Source: a virus
Virus record (IMG/VR): IMGVR_UViG_3300045988_174992
Length of the DNA stretch: 64,000 nucleotides
Direction: 5' to 3' (one strand)
Under the pieces are notes generated by a model. The model had not been told where the DNA came from and did no database searches. It worked only from the letters and a program-made list of their open reading frames with translations. Below, piece after piece: positions 25,153 to 36,200 of the stretch. Within the stretch, counting starts at the first letter, position 1. Each line of letters begins with the position of its first letter. The position numbers and the translations under genes are program-made.

Positions 25153-26646
25153 TTACGGGAGAGGTGTTTTCTTTCCTATATACCAGTTTGCTTCCCATCT
25201 ACGACGTTTCTTCAAACCTGCTAATCCTCTATGATCTGATAATGTTGACCAAGTAGACCAAATAGTTTGCATAGGTGCATGATTTGCTATCAAAGAACAT
25301 ACTTTATATCTAGATAGTGTCAGGAATCCAGGACCAAAATTGAATGTAGCACAAGTCAATGCATCTATCTGATTTTGTGCTAATTGCAAACCTCTTGAAG
25401 AAGCCCAATTTCTTACTTTAGAACTGAACTGTTGAACATGTGTAACATACAATGCTTCAAGTTCTCGTTGAGTCCATCTTGGCTTTATCTGATCCATGTA
25501 TTTTCCATTTGGATGAACTAACAAACCATAACCATAGGTTTTATGACCTTTGTCATGTCCATATCCATTCAAATCCTTAGGTGTCATTTGATATCCATAA
25601 CTATGACCAGTTTCAAAATGACATATTGCATTGAACATTTCTTGGCTTACACCAGATGCTCCAGCTGAAAGATTTCCCATTTTCATTCCTTGTGTAATTG
25701 CTGTATATCTAAATATATATAGAAGACCACATTGTCCTCCATATACCCAAGCTCTTGGTTGTCTGAAATCTGATATCCACTGTTTACCAGTATACATACA
25801 TATATGGCCAGGTCCTCCTTTAGGGTTAGCCATAACTGCTATATCACCAGGCATAGCTTCTCTCATATAAGTCTTATATGGGTTATCATACTTTATAGTC
25901 TTTATATGCCTAAATCCTACTGTTGGTAAAAACCTTACATATTCTATAGCATTTTCTGGATGACCAGCTAAAGACAATCCACCAGCTTCTATAGCTTCTC
26001 TCACATATCTAGCACATCTGTGTGTAGACTTTTCATGAGAAGCACTTACTAAATGATTGATAGATTTTCCTAAGTCCCAATTTCCAACAACACCACCAGA
26101 AAAATCCATACCAAAAGAACCTAAATCAAATGATCCAGTGAAGTGCCCAGTCTTCATCCATTCAACAATAAGGTCACCTATAGATTTATCTGGATCCACA
26201 TAATTGGTAGCTCCAACTTTATTTTCTTGGTAATTTTTCTCTTCTTCACAATAAGCTTCATTATCATATTTCAAAGACAGATTTTGGTTAGCATCAAATT
26301 CTTCTTCTAAAAGATTATGATATTCATGCCCACCTTTAATGTTTCTTTCATCATACTCTAAAAATGATTCAAGTATCTCTTTACCAAGCTGATTTCTAGC
26401 CCATGTAAGATTTTTCATCAATTCATGGGTTGCATCTTCTTCATCTGCTAATACCCATTGTGGTTCACTAACAGATGGATCTATACCATTAGGTGTGTAT
26501 GCATCTTTCTTTACTTTATCTAATTCAGCTTTATTTGACTTAGCAGTGCTATCAGAAGATTTGTTCTTATTCGTTTGTTTAAGTTTTTTACTTTCTGAAG
26601 TATCCTCTATCAAAGTCTTTAATGCATCAAGTAAACCCATAGTCAA
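25153..26646 (-). CDS. Two-domain peptidoglycan hydrolase: Cys-His peptidase-like (CHAP/NlpC-P60-type) plus GH24 lysozyme
   Basis: Central HRCARYVREAIEAGG ... PGDIAVM..GPGHICMYTG (Cys/His pair). C-terminal HFETGHSYGY..GHKTYGYG..NQIDALTCATFNFGPG..GLKKRRRWEANWY matches the T4-lysozyme-family pattern (FEG...TIGYG...Q.DAL.SF.FN.G...GL..RR..E). Confidence 0.8.
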   Translation of the reverse strand: MTMGLLDALKTLIEDTSESKKLKQTNKNKSSDSTAKSNKAELDKVKKDAYTPNGIDPSVSEPQWVLADEEDATHELMKNLTWARNQLGKEILESFLEYDERNIKGGHEYHNLLEEEFDANQNLSLKYDNEAYCEEEKNYQENKVGATNYVDPDKSIGDLIVEWMKTGHFTGSFDLGSFGMDFSGGVVGNWDLGKSINHLVSASHEKSTHRCARYVREAIEAGGLSLAGHPENAIEYVRFLPTVGFRHIKTIKYDNPYKTYMREAMPGDIAVMANPKGGPGHICMYTGKQWISDFRQPRAWVYGGQCGLLYIFRYTAITQGMKMGNLSAGASGVSQEMFNAICHFETGHSYGYQMTPKDLNGYGHDKGHKTYGYGLLVHPNGKYMDQIKPRWTQRELEALYVTHVQQFSSKVRNWASSRGLQLAQNQIDALTCATFNFGPGFLTLSRYKVCSLIANHAPMQTIWSTWSTLSDHRGLAGLKKRRRWEANWYIGKKTPLP

Positions 26647-26649
26647 TCA

Positions 26650-27450
26650 CTAAACCATACTTTTGAATTCAAGAAGCTGTGATATTCCACTAGCTCTTTC
26701 TTTGATATCATGCAAATCTATTATATCTTCTGGATATTTGAAAAAGTCATTATATTCCAAGAATACAATTCCTATTAAATTATTGTTACAATCATAAAGT
26801 CCGGCATAAATCATATTGCTAACATTAAGTTTGTTCTTCAAATGGTCATACAATACTGGAGATCTTTGTTCTAATGTTTTCATTTCAGAACTTCTGTATA
26901 CTACAATACCATCATTATCTATAAGGTCTTCCATAACAGGAGAAAGTATTGGAAGTTGAAGATTTTTTACTTTTCCAGATATAGGTGTAACATTTCTTTG
27001 CATGTTTTCATAAGATAAATCATACCATAGGAAACTGAGGTTATTCAAATTGCTTGTACTATTATGGAATTCAATTACACCACATCTTCTAGCATGATAG
27101 AAATTCATCATTTCAAACAACATCTTTTGCATTTTAACAGATATATCCATTCTATGGTTCATACTAGCATTATGTATTTTTACAGCATTCTGATCTCTAA
27201 GATTCATAGTTTTTTCTATCAAATTGATAAGACTAGTTTGCATTTGATTGTTTGATGAAGTCAATGTACTTAACAAATCTTTATTTTGGTTAGCTAATGT
27301 AGCAGATATGTTTTCAGATAAATCTGCTATAGACTTTTCTGTTTTCTTATCAGAACGAGTTATCAAGAAATATAGCAAGCCACTTAAGACAAGTATAACT
27401 AATCCTAAACCGCCAAATTCCTCGATTATTTTAGTGAAGAATTCAAACAT
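26650..27450 (-). CDS. Membrane-anchored hypothetical protein
   Basis: 266 aa. N-terminal TM GGLGLVILVLSGLLYFLI. Immediately downstream (4-nt gap) of 25153-26646. Confidence 0.65.
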   Translation of the reverse strand: MFEFFTKIIEEFGGLGLVILVLSGLLYFLITRSDKKTEKSIADLSENISATLANQNKDLLSTLTSSNNQMQTSLINLIEKTMNLRDQNAVKIHNASMNHRMDISVKMQKMLFEMMNFYHARRCGVIEFHNSTSNLNNLSFLWYDLSYENMQRNVTPISGKVKNLQLPILSPVMEDLIDNDGIVVYRSSEMKTLEQRSPVLYDHLKNKLNVSNMIYAGLYDCNNNLIGIVFLEYNDFFKYPEDIIDLHDIKERASGISQLLEFKSMV

Positions 27451-27464
27451 GATATATAAATTAA

Positions 27465-27502
27465 ATGTGGAATATCTTTAATTTAATAAAAATATTCCAC
27501 AT
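27465..27502 (-). terminator. Hairpin after 27521-28585
   Basis: ATGTGGAATAT (27465-27475) pairs with ATATTCCACAT (27492-27502). 11-bp stem, T-rich minus-strand tail. Confidence 0.55.
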
Positions 27503-27520
27503 TGTAAACTTAAAGTCTTT

Positions 27521-28585
27521 TTAAGGTTTTTCTGTTTCTATCATTGGTCTTCCTGTAATAGTATCAAACCATATTTTCTTCACTTTATGATATTCATTCA
27601 ATATATTGCTTATATCAGAATACTGATTCAATAATGTTCCAACCTCTATCATTGGTCCACCTGATGGATCTATGAAAACTATCTGTCCATTATCATGTGC
27701 TACTCTTGATGCTCCATATTCTGAAACAAGATACCAAATATATCCATGATTTCTATATGTATCATTAACAGGTGTTTCTTCTAATACCATGAAATTATCA
27801 GAACAATCATGGGAATATAAATTGATAGTTATATTTTTGAATCTTACATTTTCATTTATCATATCCCATACTTGATAGAACAAAGATTCATAATCAGAAT
27901 TGTTTTCTATGGTGAAGTCAAAATTTTCTTCATCATCCAAATCATGTTCAGCAACATTGTTCAATTGGGTAATTCCATCCCTGACAATGTTTATCATTAC
28001 ACCTTGATGTGTTCTGATAAAATCAAATTCGTGTAAGAATCGTACATCAGTACAGATAGCGTATTCAAGATTTGTTCTTTGATTGATTTTCTTTTCTACA
28101 ACATTTGTAAATATTCTTTTAGAAATAGAATTCTGCAATACATAAGTTCCAACATAAACAAGAATTTCTCTTAATGACATATAGAATTTATCATTAGATT
28201 CTTGATACATACTTGTATTCACATAATAGTCTTCTGCTGTTATGATATGTTTAGGATCTGGTTTTTCTTTGGTGAACTCAAATCCTTTATTGATGCAAAT
28301 CCAAGAATTAGCTTTTGATGTATAGAAATACTCGATATTTACTTGAAACATGTTAGCACATAATTCCTTCAATTGATCAGCAAAAGCAATGCACATACAC
28401 TTATTGTACATCTTATCTGGTGGAAATGTTGCAGTTTCTTCAGGATTGAAATTTCTCTTGAAACTATCCCAAGCACTTTCTTTATCCGAAAATGAATAAT
28501 TCAAAATATGTGATAGCATTTTTGCAACTGTATCTTTTCCAGATCCGGCATATCCATTCAAACCAATATATAATACTCTTTTCAT
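27521..28585 (-). CDS. P-loop kinase, dNMP-kinase-like N-terminal domain plus unknown C-terminal domain
   Basis: MKRVLYIGLNGYAGSGKDTVAKML resembles the T4 gp1-type GxxxSGKDT P-loop. 354 aa. Confidence 0.5.
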   Translation of the reverse strand: MKRVLYIGLNGYAGSGKDTVAKMLSHILNYSFSDKESAWDSFKRNFNPEETATFPPDKMYNKCMCIAFADQLKELCANMFQVNIEYFYTSKANSWICINKGFEFTKEKPDPKHIITAEDYYVNTSMYQESNDKFYMSLREILVYVGTYVLQNSISKRIFTNVVEKKINQRTNLEYAICTDVRFLHEFDFIRTHQGVMINIVRDGITQLNNVAEHDLDDEENFDFTIENNSDYESLFYQVWDMINENVRFKNITINLYSHDCSDNFMVLEETPVNDTYRNHGYIWYLVSEYGASRVAHDNGQIVFIDPSGGPMIEVGTLLNQYSDISNILNEYHKVKKIWFDTITGRPMIETEKP

Positions 28586-28614
28586 TCTCTATTATGTTTT
28601 TATTCTATAAGTAA

Positions 28615-28643
28615 AATATAGAAATAATGGTTAACGCATTTCA
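28615..28643 (-). promoter_or_regulatory. Weak promoter-family variant P7
   Basis: TGAAATGC-N12-TTCTATATT. The upstream box lies within the last codons of 28631-30952. No TTTG. Confidence 0.3.
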
Positions 28644-30952
28644 TCTTTAGATGTTATAAATTCTTCTGTATCACAACCACTCCAAGCAAATCTAGTATAC
28701 TCTTTAGTAGATGGACTATCAAATCCAGTATTTGTCTTACCAGGAATCAGATTTACCATATTTCTTTTATATTTATCCTTTTCATTTTTATCTATAAAAT
28801 TATCATACATCAAATCTTTGGTGTCCTTTTTTTGTTCATTATCTGCATTCTTCTGTTTTTCTTTGCTTTCTTCTTGTGGTTTTGTTGCATCATTTATCTG
28901 ACCTTTAGAAGGTGTTTCCGGTGGAGTTTCCAAGTTTATGTTTGTACCAGCTTTTTGATTATCATTAAATTCTATAGTATTGTAAGGAGAACATAATGAT
29001 AAATATATTCCATTCTGACCTTTAGTATACATCTTAGATATTTCTGTAGCATCCCTTGACATGGCATGCTTTAATGATACGGATACATGTAAGTCTGTTG
29101 GGAAATCATCAAATCCCAATGGTCCACTATGTGTTATCTTTGCATTTGTCATTATCAAATTTCCAAATGTTGCAATAGGGTTTTTTGGATTACCTATAGT
29201 TACATGCCAAAGACCTACTTTAGCTCCAGTAAGCAATGAGTCAAAAGCATATAATGATGGACGACCTAATTTATTTTTTATAGAACCCATCATTGCTTGT
29301 CCAAGATTCATCTCTGCTGTCTTTTTGGCTGCCATTTGGGCCGCAGAACCAATTTTATTTACAACTTCACCCGTAGTCATATTACCAGACAAGAAATCTT
29401 TAACTGATTGCAAAGCATTATTTACCATCTTACCAGCATCTAATCCTGCACCTTTAGCTATATCAAGAAGGGCACCATTGAATTGAGTTAATGCTCCTGC
29501 CATGGTATCTGTGTTTGAACCTTCAAGGTGAAATATGTTTTTCCATAAGTCTCCACCTGCTTTAGACAATCCATCTAATACATTGTTGTATTTTTGCCAT
29601 CCTGCTTTATTAGGTTTAGCTCCCAATATTTCACTCTTTCCTCCCCAGAATGTTCCTTTTCTATATGTAACAGTCAATATATTGCCAAGTAAATCCAGAA
29701 AAGCAGATTTTGGGTTGATGTTGTCATAAGCTCTCAACTTATAAGAGAAATTCAAAGTGAATTCATGTTTGAATGTAAGCTTACCTTCATATATATGAGT
29801 ATCCCAAATAGTATCTCTTGGGGTATATACTTTGTTGTTATCATAATTTCTACCTAATGCTACATCATTATGCTGATATTCATGTGAATCAGCACCTATA
29901 CCCATGCTATTCATCAACTGTCCAAGCAAACCACCTGAATTGATACCATGAGCTGTTCCTAAATTATATCCAGGACTTAAGTTGTTAATTATCTTACCAG
30001 CTATGCCTCTACCCTCATCATCTTCTTGAGAATCCAACTGCTGTATCTTAGCATCAAGCTTTTTCCAAGAAGCTTCATATTCATAAGACATGATATCACT
30101 AAGCTTATTGTCATCAGTATCAAACCAAGTAATCATTCTACCAACATCACCAATAGTAGACATTGGGTCTTGCTTACCTTCAGCCGCGGTTGTTGCAACA
30201 GTTGATCTGAATATATTGTCTCCAACAGGAATAGCAAACTTACGTAAAGTTATCATGTGATTGTTAGAAATCTTTCCAAGATCTTTACAATACATGAAAT
30301 CTGCATACTTATATCTTGCATTACCAAGTATAGACTTTCTTACAGAACTGAGGTTAACCAACTCTCTTATAGAACAATCATCTAAGTTAGCTATTTCTTT
30401 TTTGTCATGCTTAGAAAGAAATGTACCATCCATCAAAGGTACATTTTCCATTATACCATAAACAGGTAATGCATGATAAGGGTTAAACAATGATGGTGTC
30501 AAGTCACCCCTAAAGTTATATGTCTTATACATCTTTCCATTAGTACCTTGTTTTTCACCATCATTTCCTGTTTCTATAAGCATATCAGATAAGAAACACC
30601 TGTAATTGTTCACTACTTGAAATATTTCATTATTCATGTGAGTTGGTGTCCAAATTACAGCTTGTCTATTTTCTTCTCTATTTTTGTCAGCAGGAGGTGC
30701 CAACATATTTGATTCATATTTTATTGTTGGGTGTGAAGAAAAATCTAAATCATCTATCAATGAAGAAGTGTCCCTATCTTCATTATATCTTATACCATCA
30801 GTATCATAACCTTGTCCGGATGTTGCTTTTGATATTGTGGCGTTAAATGCAGATCTTAATGAATTGTTCAATACATCCTTCAAAGAATTAGATTGTTGTG
30901 GTGTAATGAGGTGAGAACCACCTTTATTTAATGTACTTGGAAATGATAACAT
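28631..30952 (-). CDS. Large hypothetical protein (virion-type size)
   Basis: 773-aa ORF. No motif recognised. Confidence 0.75.
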   Translation of the reverse strand: MLSFPSTLNKGGSHLITPQQSNSLKDVLNNSLRSAFNATISKATSGQGYDTDGIRYNEDRDTSSLIDDLDFSSHPTIKYESNMLAPPADKNREENRQAVIWTPTHMNNEIFQVVNNYRCFLSDMLIETGNDGEKQGTNGKMYKTYNFRGDLTPSLFNPYHALPVYGIMENVPLMDGTFLSKHDKKEIANLDDCSIRELVNLSSVRKSILGNARYKYADFMYCKDLGKISNNHMITLRKFAIPVGDNIFRSTVATTAAEGKQDPMSTIGDVGRMITWFDTDDNKLSDIMSYEYEASWKKLDAKIQQLDSQEDDEGRGIAGKIINNLSPGYNLGTAHGINSGGLLGQLMNSMGIGADSHEYQHNDVALGRNYDNNKVYTPRDTIWDTHIYEGKLTFKHEFTLNFSYKLRAYDNINPKSAFLDLLGNILTVTYRKGTFWGGKSEILGAKPNKAGWQKYNNVLDGLSKAGGDLWKNIFHLEGSNTDTMAGALTQFNGALLDIAKGAGLDAGKMVNNALQSVKDFLSGNMTTGEVVNKIGSAAQMAAKKTAEMNLGQAMMGSIKNKLGRPSLYAFDSLLTGAKVGLWHVTIGNPKNPIATFGNLIMTNAKITHSGPLGFDDFPTDLHVSVSLKHAMSRDATEISKMYTKGQNGIYLSLCSPYNTIEFNDNQKAGTNINLETPPETPSKGQINDATKPQEESKEKQKNADNEQKKDTKDLMYDNFIDKNEKDKYKRNMVNLIPGKTNTGFDSPSTKEYTRFAWSGCDTEEFITSKDEMR

Positions 30953-30954
30953 AA

Positions 30955-31010
30955 ATTGTTGTTTCAGTTTTCTTAATCTTATTTAAAAATTAAGAAACTA
31001 AAACAACAAT
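30955..31010 (-). terminator. Long imperfect palindrome (22-23-nt arms) between 31020 and 30952
   Basis: ATTGTTGTTTCAGTTTTCTTAAT / ATTAAGAAACTAAAACAACAAT (1 mismatch, 1 indel). The loop contains the rc of AATTTTTAAATAAG. Confidence 0.55.
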
Positions 31011-31019
31011 CTGATTCAT

Positions 31020-31427
31020 TTATTTCTTTTTCTTGGTCAATCCACATTCATCTTTATCAAAAAGCAATTTTTTCAAGCTTTCTAATTGATTATAAAGATA
31101 AACATGATGTTCAGAACCAGTCATGTGACATGGCATATTGTCATAACATCTTTGCAATACTTCATATATCGGCATAACATACTTTGCTAATTGCATATTG
31201 AAATCATGATAAGTATTTCTAATAGTGCAATGTTGTGCAATATATGGTTTAGCTGCTTCTAAATGCTTAATAAGATTGAATGACCAGTTTAGCAACTTAT
31301 CATCATCAGGAAGTGGACATTCATGATATGTATAATACATCATACCAATGCATTTGTCCAATTCCTTCATCTTATCTTTCATATCTTTCATACCGATATC
31401 GACATTGTTGAAATCTGTCATTCCCAT
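31020..31427 (-). CDS. Hypothetical protein
   Basis: 135-aa ORF. Confidence 0.65.
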   Translation of the reverse strand: MGMTDFNNVDIGMKDMKDKMKELDKCIGMMYYTYHECPLPDDDKLLNWSFNLIKHLEAAKPYIAQHCTIRNTYHDFNMQLAKYVMPIYEVLQRCYDNMPCHMTGSEHHVYLYNQLESLKKLLFDKDECGLTKKKK

Positions 31428-31430
31428 AAT

Positions 31431-32162
31431 TTATTTCTTATGATCTTGTGAACCAAATCCATTTTCTCCACGTTCAGAATCTTTCATCAATTCTCTATAG
31501 TCATCCTCAGAAAGTTCATCAATATTGGATACTTGCCAAATAGGAAGAATAAGCTGCTGAATAATCTTGTCACCACACCAAATCATTGGACTCTTCATAT
31601 CCTTTGTAAAAGAAATAGAAAGATGTACACATCCAACATAGTCTTCGTCAATCACCTGACTACGGACATCAAAACCTTCATTACCTTTACCAGACTTATT
31701 CAAAAATACACCAGCATAGTCATGTGGCAATACTTCATGAATACCTGAATTGATTTTAAGTTGGTCTCCAAAATCCAACCAAAGACCTACTCTGTCTTCT
31801 TTCTTATCATAAACAAGACGATGGTCACAGAAATCTTCCAACTTCTCTAATCTAGTATTATGATTGTTTCTAGTCATTACACTATCCAATGCTAAGAACA
31901 AATGTACAGTATCAAGTGTATTCTCATCTGCTCGTACAGCATCACCAATCTTCTCCATCAAAATACGCTTAGTTTCATTACAAAGCTCGGCAATCTCAGG
32001 TTCTGTAATATCAAATGACTTCTGAAAAGCAGAATATGCTGCAAGTTTCTTATTTGCTGTCTTACCATTCAATCGTGGTACAAAGAAATCCTGTCCTGCT
32101 GCCTTAAAACTTACTTTAGGTGTCTCACCAAACTCATTCCAAATTCTTAATGTCTTTCCCAT
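31431..32162 (-). CDS. dUTPase/dCTP-deaminase-superfamily-like protein
   Basis: AAGQDFFVP (compare motif 1 AGxDL), LNKSGKG (motif 2-like), QVIDEDYVGCVHLSI (compare motif 3 GVIDxDYRG). At 243 aa it is longer than canonical dUTPases. Confidence 0.45.
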   Translation of the reverse strand: MGKTLRIWNEFGETPKVSFKAAGQDFFVPRLNGKTANKKLAAYSAFQKSFDITEPEIAELCNETKRILMEKIGDAVRADENTLDTVHLFLALDSVMTRNNHNTRLEKLEDFCDHRLVYDKKEDRVGLWLDFGDQLKINSGIHEVLPHDYAGVFLNKSGKGNEGFDVRSQVIDEDYVGCVHLSISFTKDMKSPMIWCGDKIIQQLILPIWQVSNIDELSEDDYRELMKDSERGENGFGSQDHKK

Positions 32163-32227
32163 TTCTTTAATTTACAATTTAAATATGTGTTTTCTTATTA
32201 GGATATCCTTTTTCTTTAATTAATTTT

Positions 32228-32258
32228 AATATAGATATATGGTTAACATGGTTTCAAA
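32228..32258 (-). promoter_or_regulatory. Promoter-family variant P8
   Basis: Minus strand reads TTTGAAACCATGTTAACCATATATCTATATT, upstream of 31431-32162. Confidence 0.5.
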
Positions 32259-32264
32259 CATATT

Positions 32265-33131
32265 TTAATATTTCTTATTGAATATGTGTTCTGCTAAATT
32301 CTTAATATCTTCATCTGTCTTCTTATCAGTATTGTTCTTTACCCATTCAATAATTGCAGGCATTTTTTCTTTTTTGAGAGCTTCTCTGGCAATTGCATTT
32401 TCAAGTTCTCTTTTTTCAATGTTTGCATTTATAGAAAGTTTCACAATTTCAGGAATATTTATATATTTTGCACCTGTGTTTCCGAGAGATTTTACTTTAC
32501 TATTATAGTTTATTGTATCACAATGTGAATAACTCATTTTATAAGCCCAAAGATGTGCAAGAGAATATACTGTTGCTTCATTCATCTTTAATCCTTTAAC
32601 AACAAGATTTTTGAATTTATTACGAAATTCATTATCATATTCAATATATTCAAATGAATTTATGATATGAATGATTCCTGTTGTTGGATCAAGAATTGCC
32701 GGTTTTGTAAAAGTTTTTGTAAATGTTCCAAAACCAAAACTTAAACTTGTGGATATCGAATAAATAAGATATCCGGCACCTTTGAACTTTCTACCTCTTA
32801 CGACATTTACAGGAATAGCTGTTGGATTATCTTCAGAAGAACATCTTGCAATATTCTCTAAAACTGAATCTGATGCAACTGGGGTTTCATCTATCATTAA
32901 AGAAATCATTTCTTCAATTAGACTCTGCTTAATATCTAAAGAAACATTACATAGTTCAATTGAATTTCTTCTTTCTTTCATATCAGTACCATGCCCATAA
33001 GTTGTAGTACATATTTTCTTTTCAACAGTATCATATAATACTGCTCCCCATACTCCATAGTCATCATTATCATAATTGATATTATCTTCAAGAATAATAT
33101 AACGTAAAGAATTATTTACCATATTAGTCAT
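32265..33131 (-). CDS. Hypothetical protein
   Basis: 288-aa ORF. Confidence 0.7.
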   Translation of the reverse strand: MTNMVNNSLRYIILEDNINYDNDDYGVWGAVLYDTVEKKICTTTYGHGTDMKERRNSIELCNVSLDIKQSLIEEMISLMIDETPVASDSVLENIARCSSEDNPTAIPVNVVRGRKFKGAGYLIYSISTSLSFGFGTFTKTFTKPAILDPTTGIIHIINSFEYIEYDNEFRNKFKNLVVKGLKMNEATVYSLAHLWAYKMSYSHCDTINYNSKVKSLGNTGAKYINIPEIVKLSINANIEKRELENAIAREALKKEKMPAIIEWVKNNTDKKTDEDIKNLAEHIFNKKY

Positions 33132-33144
33132 AATTATTGATTTT

Positions 33145-33181
33145 AAATTCAGACAGAATATAGTTTATCCTGTCTGAATTT
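33145..33181 (-). terminator. Terminator hairpin interleaved with P9
   Basis: 12-bp perfect stem (33145-33156 with 33170-33181). The 13-nt loop carries the CTATATT box. Confidence 0.6.
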
Positions 33182-33185
33182 CAAA
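33157..33185 (-). promoter_or_regulatory. Promoter-family member P9
   Basis: Minus strand reads TTTGAAATTCAGACAGGATAAACTATATT. Confidence 0.55.
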
Positions 33186-33202
33186 ATATTTAAAATTTTA
33201 TA

Positions 33203-36200
33203 TTAAAATGGACAATCCTCAAACAAATTTTTCTCTTCTACCTTCTTCATGTAAGAAGTATCTTCAGATTTGCTTAAATTCTGTCCAAAGATAGTACCTC
33301 TTAACGAATTAGTATTCTCCATCTTCTCAACAAATCTCTTATTTGTTCCATCCTTTGAAGCATAATCACTATAATCATAACCATCATGAATAACATTCTT
33401 CAATTGACTTTCAATTTGCTCTAATTTGTATTTTGAAGTGTGTGGAAGATTTTCTGGTAACTTGGATTCATATTCCTCTAATGTTTCTTCTTTCTTGTTT
33501 CCATCTTCTATCTTAATGTTTTCTATAAGTTCTTGTAAGAAGAACTGCTTAGTAATGTTGTTCTGATAAATCTCATTTATTTCTTGCTTAGTATTCCAAA
33601 GCATTTCAAATGGTCTTATTGTTATAATTCCATTCTTCAGTTTGGATTGGTCAATTATGATCTTCCATAAGTTGCATATCAAATCATAAATCTTCTCAAG
33701 ATATGCTTTATCTTCAACTACAACATCCTTTACAGAATTTGCATATTTACATGCATAGCTCTTCAACCATTCATCTATTTCTTCTCTTGTACATTTCATT
33801 GTATCATCTGCCCATTTCTGAGCATCTTTTACAAATCTCAATATAGGAAAATCAAGTCTTCGTTTTCTTCTGCTTTGTTCTATTGAAACAAACTTTCTTA
33901 TTCTGTTTAGCTTACTGAAATTTATTCTGTTCTGCTTCTTGTCAATACAATACTTATATATATCTTTGATAGTATCTATATTGTAGTTCTTGTACAATGA
34001 CAATACTATTGGAACATTTCTTTCCATTATCTCTATATCCTTAACATACAAATTATTGTCTTCTCTCATTTCTCTATATTCATCATCTTTGAATATGTTG
34101 TAGTTTCCAGAAATGAGTTCTCGATACAAATCAATATTTCCATCATTTACATGATCCAAGAAATCCAAAGTTTCAACAGTAACTTGATTGAATCTCATGT
34201 GTCTGCATGACTTAAGATAATCTTCAATGAATTCCAATCTGTCTTCTGATATCTCTTTTTCATGGTCAATCACATTTGTAACATATCCATAATACTGAAG
34301 ACCTTCAATCATCATTGGAAGCTGCTTCATATAAGTGGCGTATCTGTCTTCAAACACACTCAACTTATATGTTGTTTCATCAATAAAATACTTGCATTGA
34401 TTTTCATCATACTTTAGATATTTGTTAGTAGAAAGCAATGATTGAATTAATGGGTTGTATTTTGATTCTTCATTGTTTCTCTCTATCATATCATTACATG
34501 TCTTAATCAAATCTCTTGCCAAAAGCAAATCAGCCTGATTCAAACTCAAATCCAATGGTTGAGTATAGTAATAGTTGATAGGCATTCCAACAGAATCTTT
34601 CTTTGGAAGAAACATTTTAAGATACAGATTGTTGTTTCTAAGTCTATTTGCAAACTGTTCAATATCTTGTGGAATCCATTGTTCATTGAAATAAACAGAG
34701 AAACTGAACTTATCACAAATATCCACACCTACTGACAAATAAGTTGTACAGAATACAATATCATTATTTCCAATAGACTTATCAAAATTGATGAGATCCA
34801 TAGATTCTTCACCATAATTTGATTTCTTATAATAGAAACAGTTTATCTGTCTTCCAAACTTCATATCATCAAGATATTGCTGTACTAATCCAGTAAGCTG
34901 ATCATACCAAAGATTTCCTTTATTTGTTGGATAGAGAATCTTCTTACCATCTTTGATATCTTTTGCCATTGAATGAGCCATTTCAATCATCTGTTCTACT
35001 TTTGTTGGACACATGTTCAATTCAAAAGATTTCTCCCTGTAGTCATCCTTTTCAACTTTGATATGTTTGATACCAGGAAAGAATAGCATTTCTCCAGTAG
35101 GAGTACCAGTCATCATGATTATTTTTGCTTTACAATTAGCAAGTCTCTGAATTGTTGGGGCCATCACATCACGATAAGAAGAAGTGAATATCAGATGCGA
35201 CTCATCAAGTACTATATATTCAAATCCTGCGGTATCAAGCTCCATGACATTCAATCTTGAAAACTTATCTATTGTCATTGACATAGATTTGTTTGAAAGC
35301 AAATCTTCAAGTTGTGGTTTCTTATTTCCGTAGTAATAAAGCCAATCTGATGTTACAGATGATGTTTCTACTTTTGCTTTTATTGTTGAAGTAAATGGAA
35401 GTATCAGAAGTGTCTTAGCTTTGAATGCTTTAATCATTTCAGTCTTTCCATAACCAGCACCAGCTTCCAACAATGTGATATGATTCAAATTCTTAAGAAT
35501 ATCATCCTTCAAATCAGAAAGATACTGATCTTTATTCAAATGCAACTTTACTAAGTTGTCATCTTTATCATTAAGAACATCTGTTGGCGACTTGAATATT
35601 TTTTCATCTTCTCTATTTGTAGTTAATGACTTCTGCTCTTCTTTATAGATATTGTCATCTTCTATCTTAATGTTGAATCCATGATATTTGTTCAACTGTT
35701 TGATAGCCCAAACGGAAACTGGCTTATCATGTATGCTTGCAGTCTTAACATCACCTTTAAGCTCTTTATAATCTGTACCATCACAAATGGCAACCATATA
35801 TTGCAATGCCTTATCATATCCATATATAGAAGTAAGAGTGTTTGCAAGTTGCCAACGTTGTGCATGCTTATAATGTCGACGAATGCATTTGCTTGGATCA
35901 ACATCATTTATATCAGAAACTGCAGTTATATCTACACTTTTCTTCTGATTGTTTTCTGTATTGAACCATTCCAACTTAGCAAATATGTTCTTCAAGTCAG
36001 GATGTGATATCCAATCTATTGATTCAAGCCCTGTATCAAATGCCGTTTCAAAGTTAGCATCAAGTCGTAAGTCTATGAAATTAGTGGACAATAATGCTTT
36101 ACTATCTGATGTAATGAATATACCTTGCTGTGGTTTTGCCATCGCCATATCAAGCCAATCAAATATATCATCCTTTGTATATCCAATTTCCTTCATATAC

